Assembly (NCBI GenBank): GCA_049287045.1
Contig: JBAQFC010000001.1
Span: 3,309 to 67,308 of the forward strand
Direction of reading: 5' to 3'
Length of the DNA stretch: 64,000 bases
DNA from: Minisyncoccia bacterium
Lineage (GTDB): Bacteria; Patescibacteriota; Minisyncoccia; Phycocordibacterales; UBA9973
Shown here piece by piece: positions 58,014 through 64,000 of the stretch (position 1 is the stretch's first letter; every line of letters begins with the position of its first letter). The notes beneath the pieces were generated by a model. It did not search any database. It was not told the origin of the DNA and saw nothing but the letters and a program-made list of their open reading frames with translations. The position numbers and the translations under genes were made by a program.

Positions 58014-59684
58014 TTGACATTACGCGACATGATTTTGCAAAATCAAAAATATATGAAAAAGTTTAATAAAATTTCAATACTCGTGTTAGTTATTGTGTTT
58101 GCTCTTGGAACGGCTGGACTAATAAAAGCCAGAGCTGCTTCAACAGTAAGTCTCGGCACAGCAGATAACTTTGCAGTTTTAGCTGGATCAGGAATTACAG
58201 ATACAACACCTTCTGTTGTTAGTGGAGATGTTGGTTTGAGTCCAACTACTGGTGCAGCTATTGGTATAACCGTTGGTGAAGTAACAGGTACGGTATATGC
58301 TGTTGATGTGGCTGGGCCAGTTGGTTCAGTAAATAATCCAGGTTTATTAACTTTAGCTAAAGATGCTTTAACAACTGCTTACGGTGTAGCTGCTGGCCAA
58401 GCACAAACATCTGCAATTGTTGCTGATCTTGGTGGACAAACATTAACACCAGGTGTTTATAATTCTGGTTCTTCTATTGGACTTACCGGTACGGTCACTC
58501 TTGATGGTGGTGGTGATGCAAATGCAGTTTTTATTTTTCAAGCTGGTTCCACTCTTACTACCGCATCAGCCAGTCATGTTAATCTAATTAATAGCGCTCA
58601 AGCTTGTAATGTTTTTTGGCAAGTTGGCAGTTCGGCTACTCTTGGAACAACTTCTGATTTCAAAGGAAATATTCTTGCTTTTTCTTCTATTACAGATAAC
58701 GGAGGTTCGACTGTAGACGGAAGACTCTTAGCAAGAAATGCTGCAGTTACATTAAACAATACTCATGTTACTAAATCAACATGTTCAACTCCTGTTCCTA
58801 CACCTACACCAACGCCTACTCCAACTCCAGTAGCACCTTTAATTAGTATTGAGAAAGTTCCATCTTTATTGTCCTTGTCTGTTGGAGGTGGATTAATTTC
58901 ATTTGATTATACAGTTTTAAATGTTGGAACAGTTGCTATGAGCAATGTCACAGTTACTGACAATAAATGTTCTCCAGTAGCTTTTATTTCAGGTGACACC
59001 AACAGTGATTCAAAACTTGATTTAACTGAAACTTGGAAATATAATTGTACCTCAACAGTTACACAAACAACCACAAATACAGCCACTGCGACTGGTCAAG
59101 CAAATGGTTTTACTGCAACTGATACTGCAGATGCAACTGTTGTTGTTGGTGCAGCACTTCCATCACCGTTGATCCATCTTATTAAAAAGCCAAGTGTAGA
59201 TACTCTTCCATCTTCTGGTGGAGCAGTTACCTATACATACACTGTGACCAACCCTGGTACAGTTGCTTTGAGTAATGTAAGTGTTGTTGATGATAAATGT
59301 AGTTCAGTTTCTAGTCACTCGGGTGATACAAATAACAATAATTTGCTTGATATTTCAGAAACATGGACTTATACATGTCAGTCCAATCTTACACAAACAA
59401 CTACAAATAAAGGTACAGCTGAGGGAAGTGGTAATGGTTTGACTGCTATTGATTATTCTCTTGCTACAGTTACTGTAGCTGGTTCAGTCGTAGCTCCTGT
59501 AGTAGTCTCTACTCCTGTTGTAAAAGCTTCTACCACAACAACTTCTGTAGTAACAACTCCTAAGTTGCCAAATACAGGATTTGCTCCCGAAGAAAAAAGT
59601 AATGTCTGGAATATTATTATCCCTGCTGGAATTTTTATTACTCTATTTTCATTCTATTTAGCTAAAAAGAAACAGATAATCTAA
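58014..59684 (+). CDS. LPNTG-anchored surface protein: DUF3494 (ice-binding-like) domain, Pro/Thr linker, two DUF11-like repeat domains
   Basis: signal peptide; SLGTADNFAVLAGSGITDTTPSVVSGDVGLSP; PTPTPTPTPTP linker; two ~100-aa repeats with conserved Cys pairs; C-terminal LPNTG, hydrophobic helix, KKKQ. Confidence 0.65.
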   Translation: MTLRDMILQNQKYMKKFNKISILVLVIVFALGTAGLIKARAASTVSLGTADNFAVLAGSGITDTTPSVVSGDVGLSPTTGAAIGITVGEVTGTVYAVDVAGPVGSVNNPGLLTLAKDALTTAYGVAAGQAQTSAIVADLGGQTLTPGVYNSGSSIGLTGTVTLDGGGDANAVFIFQAGSTLTTASASHVNLINSAQACNVFWQVGSSATLGTTSDFKGNILAFSSITDNGGSTVDGRLLARNAAVTLNNTHVTKSTCSTPVPTPTPTPTPTPVAPLISIEKVPSLLSLSVGGGLISFDYTVLNVGTVAMSNVTVTDNKCSPVAFISGDTNSDSKLDLTETWKYNCTSTVTQTTTNTATATGQANGFTATDTADATVVVGAALPSPLIHLIKKPSVDTLPSSGGAVTYTYTVTNPGTVALSNVSVVDDKCSSVSSHSGDTNNNNLLDISETWTYTCQSNLTQTTTNKGTAEGSGNGLTAIDYSLATVTVAGSVVAPVVVSTPVVKASTTTTSVVTTPKLPNTGFAPEEKSNVWNIIIPAGIFITLFSFYLAKKKQII

Positions 59685-59731
59685 ATCTTAAAAAGATTTA
59701 ATTAATTTGTTTACTTGTCTGTAGGTTAAAT

Positions 59732-59765
59732 AAAAAGAGTCAGACTAGTAATAGTCTGACTCTTT
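59732..59765 (+). terminator. hairpin terminator (agagtcagact-agtaat-agtctgactct)
   Basis: 11-bp perfect stem; weak T-run. Confidence 0.45.
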
Positions 59766-59774
59766 CAGTTATAT

Positions 59775-60362
59775 ATGAATATACCTAAAAAAATATTAAA
59801 ACTAATACCTTATATAATTATTCCTTTAGGATTTATTTTTTCTATTGGTATTGTTTTTCATTTTTTTACCAAAAATTCTACAAATACTTCCCTCATTTAT
59901 GAAAATTCAGAATATTATTATGAATTACCCGTTCGTCTTAAAATCCCTAGCATTAAAATAAATGCTGCTGTCAATTATGTTGGTCTTACTCCTGACGGAG
60001 CAATGGATTCACCCAAAAATCCTCCTGATGTTGCCTGGTTTAATCTCGGGCCACGTCCTGGGGAAAATGGCAGTGCTGTTATCGATGGTCATTCCGGTTG
60101 GAAAAATGGTAAATCAGCAGTGTTCGATAATTTACATAAGTTAAAAAGGGGAGACAAATTATATATCGAAAATGAAAAAGGTGTGACTATTACTTTTATT
60201 GTTCGTGAGTTGAAAACGTATAATCCCAATACAGTTGCCTTTGAGGTTTTTAATTCAAGTGATGGAAAAGCTCATCTTAATCTTATTACTTGTTCTGGTT
60301 TTTGGGATGAAACACATCAAAGCCATTCGGATAGACTTGTCGTATTTGCTGATAAAGAATAG
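59775..60362 (+). CDS. sortase (transpeptidase)
   Basis: N-terminal TM; catalytic His (IDGHSG), Cys (LITCSG), Arg (SDRLVV). Confidence 0.85.
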   Translation: MNIPKKILKLIPYIIIPLGFIFSIGIVFHFFTKNSTNTSLIYENSEYYYELPVRLKIPSIKINAAVNYVGLTPDGAMDSPKNPPDVAWFNLGPRPGENGSAVIDGHSGWKNGKSAVFDNLHKLKRGDKLYIENEKGVTITFIVRELKTYNPNTVAFEVFNSSDGKAHLNLITCSGFWDETHQSHSDRLVVFADKE

Positions 60363-60437
60363 ATATTTTGTTGTTTATGGAAAAAAATAAAAGCTTTATG
60401 CTATAGTAGATATAGTTATTAATTAAAAAGGAACACT

Positions 60438-61625
60438 ATGCTTAAATTTTTAAATTTAAAAACCAAAATAAAAAACACAAACCCGAAACATATTTTTACT
60501 GTAAAAGGAGTTTGTTTAGGATTTTTATTTTTTTTGTTTATATATTTTGTTAGCTCTTCGAGTCTATTTTCAACGAAGTATGATTCAGCAATTGCTGAGG
60601 TTCCTGTAAAAGAGGCTGTTAAACAGCCAGCTTTTGTCCCTATTGTTTTAGATAGTGTAGCTTATAATAAAAAGCTAAATGAAATAGCAAATAACGTTAT
60701 TCCTGTCATCGTAGCACCTACTGTTCTAAAATCATCTACAAAGGTAGATCAAAAAGGATTAAAACCTACGACTCAAGTAGTTCCAGTCCCTCCTTCAAAG
60801 AAGTATCTTTGGCCTGTTAAAACTGTCGAGCCGAATGCTGGGGCTCTTTTACCGTTTAATCGTATCATTGCTTATTATGGTAATTTTTATTCCACAAAAA
60901 TGGGAGTACTTGGAGAATACTCTACTGATATAATGTTAAAAAAATTAAATTCTGAAGTAGAAAGTTGGGAATTAGCAGATCCTTCTACTCCTGTTATTCC
61001 AGCGATTCATTATATTGCTGTTACTGCGCAGGGGAGTCCTGGTTCGGACGGTAAATATAGATTCCGAATGCCCGACAGTCAGATTGATCATGCTGTTGAA
61101 TTAGCAAAAAAAATAAATGGAATAGTATTCCTTGATATTCAAGTAGGTTTAAGTGATGTTCAGACAGAGATTCCTATATTTGAAAAATATTTGAAAATGC
61201 CAGAAGTTCATCTCGGTTTAGATCCAGAATTTTCAATGAAGACCGGAGTAAAACCTGGAAAAGTTATTGGTACAATGGATGCGACAGATATAAATTTTGC
61301 CGCCAATTATTTAGCGAAACTTGTAAAGGATAACAATTTGCCTCCAAAAGTTTTAATTATTCATCGTTTTACAAATAAAATGCTTACAAATTATAAACAG
61401 ATCACACCATTACCGGAAGTTCAGATTGTTGTAGATATGGATGGTTGGGGTTTTGGTGCCAAAAAGATAAATACTTACAAACAAGTTGTACATAATGAAC
61501 CTATTCAGTTTGCTGGGTTTAAATTATTTTACAAAAATGATTTACGTGCACCAAGTACTCGTATGCTTACACCTAAAGACTTACTTGAGCTAACTCCACA
61601 ACCTATGTATATTCAGTATCAGTAA
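60438..61625 (+). CDS. hypothetical membrane-anchored extracellular protein
   Basis: N-terminal TM; no recognised motif. Confidence 0.35.
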   Translation: MLKFLNLKTKIKNTNPKHIFTVKGVCLGFLFFLFIYFVSSSSLFSTKYDSAIAEVPVKEAVKQPAFVPIVLDSVAYNKKLNEIANNVIPVIVAPTVLKSSTKVDQKGLKPTTQVVPVPPSKKYLWPVKTVEPNAGALLPFNRIIAYYGNFYSTKMGVLGEYSTDIMLKKLNSEVESWELADPSTPVIPAIHYIAVTAQGSPGSDGKYRFRMPDSQIDHAVELAKKINGIVFLDIQVGLSDVQTEIPIFEKYLKMPEVHLGLDPEFSMKTGVKPGKVIGTMDATDINFAANYLAKLVKDNNLPPKVLIIHRFTNKMLTNYKQITPLPEVQIVVDMDGWGFGAKKINTYKQVVHNEPIQFAGFKLFYKNDLRAPSTRMLTPKDLLELTPQPMYIQYQ

Positions 61626-61635
61626 AAATATACAA

Positions 61636-61709
61636 GCCGGATTAGTTCAGTGGTAGAACATTGCTTTCGTAAAGCAAAAACGTGAGTTCGATTCTCACCT
61701 TCGGCTCCA
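61636..61709 (+). tRNA. tRNA-Thr (anticodon CGT), CCA encoded
   Basis: manual cloverleaf: GTTC/GAAC D-stem, TTGCT-TTCGTAA-AGCAA, GTGAG-TTCGATT-CTCAC, 3' CCA; one mismatch at acceptor pair 7. Confidence 0.8.
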
Positions 61710-61730
61710 ATTTTTTGTTATAATATTTCA

Positions 61731-62624
61731 ATGCCCGAAGATACAAGTGCAAATTTAATAGACGAAAAAATAAAGGAAATGGAAGAGCTTATTGCTAGTC
61801 CAGATTTTTGGAGTGATAAAATTAAAGCACAAGCGACATTGAAAGAACTCGCAGACTTGAAAGATAAAAAAGAAGGTATGGGTAAGTATGATAAAGGCAA
61901 TGCGATAGTTACTATTATTTCCGGCGCGGGAGGGGACGATGCAGAAGACTTTTCTAGAATACTTTTAGACATGTACATGAAATATGCAGACAGAAAAGGT
62001 TGGGGTCTTTCTTTTATTCATGAACACAAAAATGACCAAGGTGGATACCGCAATGTTTCTTTTGAAATGATTGGAAAGGGAGCTTATGGAAATTTAAAAA
62101 ATGAATCCGGGGTTCATCGTTTAGTGCGCATTTCACCATTTAATGCGAAGAAAATGCGTCACACTTCTTTTTCACTTGTGGAGGTGTTACCAAAATTTTC
62201 AAAATTGGATGAAAAAGATTTTGTGATACCGGAGAGAGATTTAAAAATAGAATTCGCAAAGTCCGGTGGTCCTGGAGGACAGAATGTAAACAAAAGAGAG
62301 ACCGCTGTCAGGATTGTTCACATACCGACAGGTATTTCGACTCACGCTTCAGGTGAGCGTTCCCAAGAACAAAATCGTGAAAGAGCATTGTCTATGTTGT
62401 GGGCTAAAATTTTTAAGAAAGCGGAAGAGGAAAAGAAGACTGTCGAAGAAAGTATGAAGCTTTCCAAGGGGACAGATATCGAATGGGGCAGTCAAATACG
62501 CTCATATGTTATACATCCATACAAAATGGTCAAAGACCACCGCACTGGAGTGGAAACTTCCAATGTTGATGCAGTTCTAGATGGTGATTTGGATATGTTC
62601 GTTGAAGCCGAGAGGGGTTTGTGA
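61731..62624 (+). CDS. prfB: peptide chain release factor 2, N-terminally short, no programmed frameshift; the gene ends in TGA
   Basis: SPF tripeptide (RISPFNAKKMRHTSFS), GGQ motif (SGGPGGQNVNK); only about 40 aa precede the conserved ISGAGGDDAEDFS block. Confidence 0.85.
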   Translation: MPEDTSANLIDEKIKEMEELIASPDFWSDKIKAQATLKELADLKDKKEGMGKYDKGNAIVTIISGAGGDDAEDFSRILLDMYMKYADRKGWGLSFIHEHKNDQGGYRNVSFEMIGKGAYGNLKNESGVHRLVRISPFNAKKMRHTSFSLVEVLPKFSKLDEKDFVIPERDLKIEFAKSGGPGGQNVNKRETAVRIVHIPTGISTHASGERSQEQNRERALSMLWAKIFKKAEEEKKTVEESMKLSKGTDIEWGSQIRSYVIHPYKMVKDHRTGVETSNVDAVLDGDLDMFVEAERGL

Positions 62625-62636
62625 TATTATTAAATA

Positions 62637-63317
62637 GTGATTTACTTCAATAATGTTTCAAAGGTTTATAACAAGGATTCAATTGCACTAGAAGACGTCA
62701 GTTTGACTGTCACTGCCGGAGAATTCGTCTCTATTGTTGGACATTCTGGTGCTGGAAAGACAACCCTTATAAAAATGATTCTTGCTGACGATAAACCGAC
62801 CGATGGTACGGTATTTTTTGAATCTGTTGATGTACACAAGCTCGGAAGTGGTGATTTAACTAAACTAAGAAGAAGAATCGGTGCGGTTTTTCAGGACTTC
62901 AGATTGTTACCAAATAAAACTGCTTATGAAAATATCGCTTTTGCAATGGAAGCAGCCGGAAAGTCTGATGAAGAGATTGCGAGTGACGTTCCACATGTTT
63001 TGGAACTTGTTGATTTAGGTAGTCGTATTTTTCATTTTCCACACCAGATGTCTGGAGGAGAACAACAAAGACTTGCTATCGCTCGAGCAATCATCAACCA
63101 ACCAGAATTAATTATTGCCGATGAGCCGACTGGAAATCTAGATCCAATTAACACTTATGAAGTTATACAGATACTGAAAAAGATAAATGATCTAGGTACG
63201 ACTGTTATCCTGACCACACACAATCGTGGAGTTATTGATTCGATAGGTAAGAGAGTTATAACTATGGAAAAAGGTAAAATCACAAGAGATGATAAAGATG
63301 GCAAGTATATTATTTAG
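62637..63317 (+). CDS. ftsE: cell-division ABC ATPase FtsE
   Basis: Walker [10 protein letters not shown], signature [15 protein letters not shown], followed by ftsX. Confidence 0.8.
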   Translation: MIYFNNVSKVYNKDSIALEDVSLTVTAGEFVSIVGHSGAGKTTLIKMILADDKPTDGTVFFESVDVHKLGSGDLTKLRRRIGAVFQDFRLLPNKTAYENIAFAMEAAGKSDEEIASDVPHVLELVDLGSRIFHFPHQMSGGEQQRLAIARAIINQPELIIADEPTGNLDPINTYEVIQILKKINDLGTTVILTTHNRGVIDSIGKRVITMEKGKITRDDKDGKYII

Positions 63318-63331
63318 TTAATTATTTTTTT

Positions 63332-64000
63332 ATGGAATTAAAAAGAATCATAAAAGCTGGAATATTGAATTTTACTAGAAATGGGATTATTTCTTGGGCC
63401 GCTGTTTTGGTTGTGACTATCACACTTTCTGTTATTGCGTCACTTTTGTTTTTGCAAGCTGTATTACATTTTTCTCTAGATCAGATAAAAGATAAAGTTG
63501 ATGTCACTATTTATTTCAATGTAGGTGCTTCAGAGGACAAGATTACAGCTTTAAAAAATTCACTCGAAAAACTTCCTGAAGTAGCTAGTGTTAGTTATAC
63601 AAGTGATAACGAAGCATTAAAACTCTTCCGAGACAGACACTCCAGTGATTATCCTACAATTCAAGCTCTTGATGAAATAAAAGACAATCCACTTGGAGCG
63701 TATTTAAATGTGAAAGCAAAAGAAGTTTCTCAGTATGAAAGTATTGCTAATTTCTTAAAATCTGATAATGCTTTAGTTCTTGGGTCAGCGTCCATCATAG
63801 ATAAAGTAAATTATCACCAGAATAAGCTTGTTATTGAAAGATTGAATTCAATAATCGATGGTGCTCAGAAGTTGGGATTTTTGATAACACTATTGATGAT
63901 TTTTATTTCTATAATCATTACTTTTAATACTATTCGTCTAACTATTTTTATTTCCAAAGAAGAAATCGGTGTGATGCGTTTAGTGGGAGCAAGTAAAATG
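63332..64000 (+). CDS. ftsX: cell-division permease FtsX (3'-partial, runs off the window)
   Basis: N-terminal TM, periplasmic domain, downstream of ftsE. Confidence 0.75.
   Translation, partial: MELKRIIKAGILNFTRNGIISWAAVLVVTITLSVIASLLFLQAVLHFSLDQIKDKVDVTIYFNVGASEDKITALKNSLEKLPEVASVSYTSDNEALKLFRDRHSSDYPTIQALDEIKDNPLGAYLNVKAKEVSQYESIANFLKSDNALVLGSASIIDKVNYHQNKLVIERLNSIIDGAQKLGFLITLLMIFISIIITFNTIRLTIFISKEEIGVMRLVGASKM

Noticed and set aside
1-64000. Possible UGA recoding (code 25-type) suggested by near-absence of TGA stops
   Set aside because: Long genes are uninterrupted under the standard code, RF2 (which reads UGA) is present, and prfB itself terminates with TGA. This is standard code with strong TAA preference.

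Overview
AT-rich (~33% GC) bacterial chromosomal window with dense, mostly short-intergenic coding on both strands, about 65 genes. The reduced-genome character (short hinge-less SMC, short GyrB, N-truncated RF2, ThrRS without the N-terminal TGS domain, many small secreted or membrane hypotheticals) suggests an ultra-small Patescibacteria/CPR-like bacterium. This is inference only. Main content: (1) a complete type IV pilus/competence locus (pilM-N-O-x-pilB-pilT-pilC-pilA-pilD plus four pseudopilin genes), with a divergent comF and a cyanophycin-synthetase-like ATP-grasp gene. (2) Housekeeping genes: ligA, truB, gyrB, thrS, rpmF, rnc, smc, rnr, rpsP, a KH-domain protein, trmD, prfB, ftsEX, and three tRNAs. 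(3) Several unusual architectures: a monomeric mitochondrial-type PheRS, a NusB-Nudix fusion, a DD-carboxypeptidase-CapA fusion next to a CapA paralog, and a GH3-family adenylating enzyme. (4) A putative extracytosolic flavinylation / transmembrane electron-transfer cassette (FMN-binding protein, ApbE, polytopic membrane protein fused to an FAD/NAD(P)H module). (5) An ECF sigma / anti-sigma / MacAB-like efflux module flanked by two Gly-rich paralogs. (6) A sortase with an LPNTG-anchored DUF3494/DUF11 surface protein and a second DUF3494 protein carrying tandem Cys repeats and a peptidoglycan-binding domain. (7) A small cassette (Nif3-C-like protein plus Lnu/ANT-like nucleotidyltransferase) bracketed by two 28-bp direct repeats whose core is a perfect 13-bp palindrome, AAGGTCGGACCTT, that also occurs twice inside ligA. 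(8) A duplicated 23-nt tRNA-Ser 3' end enclosing a roughly 125-nt highly structured element. No rRNA, CRISPR array or classical IS/transposase was seen. The genetic code appears standard: prfB itself ends in TGA, and long ORFs are uninterrupted.
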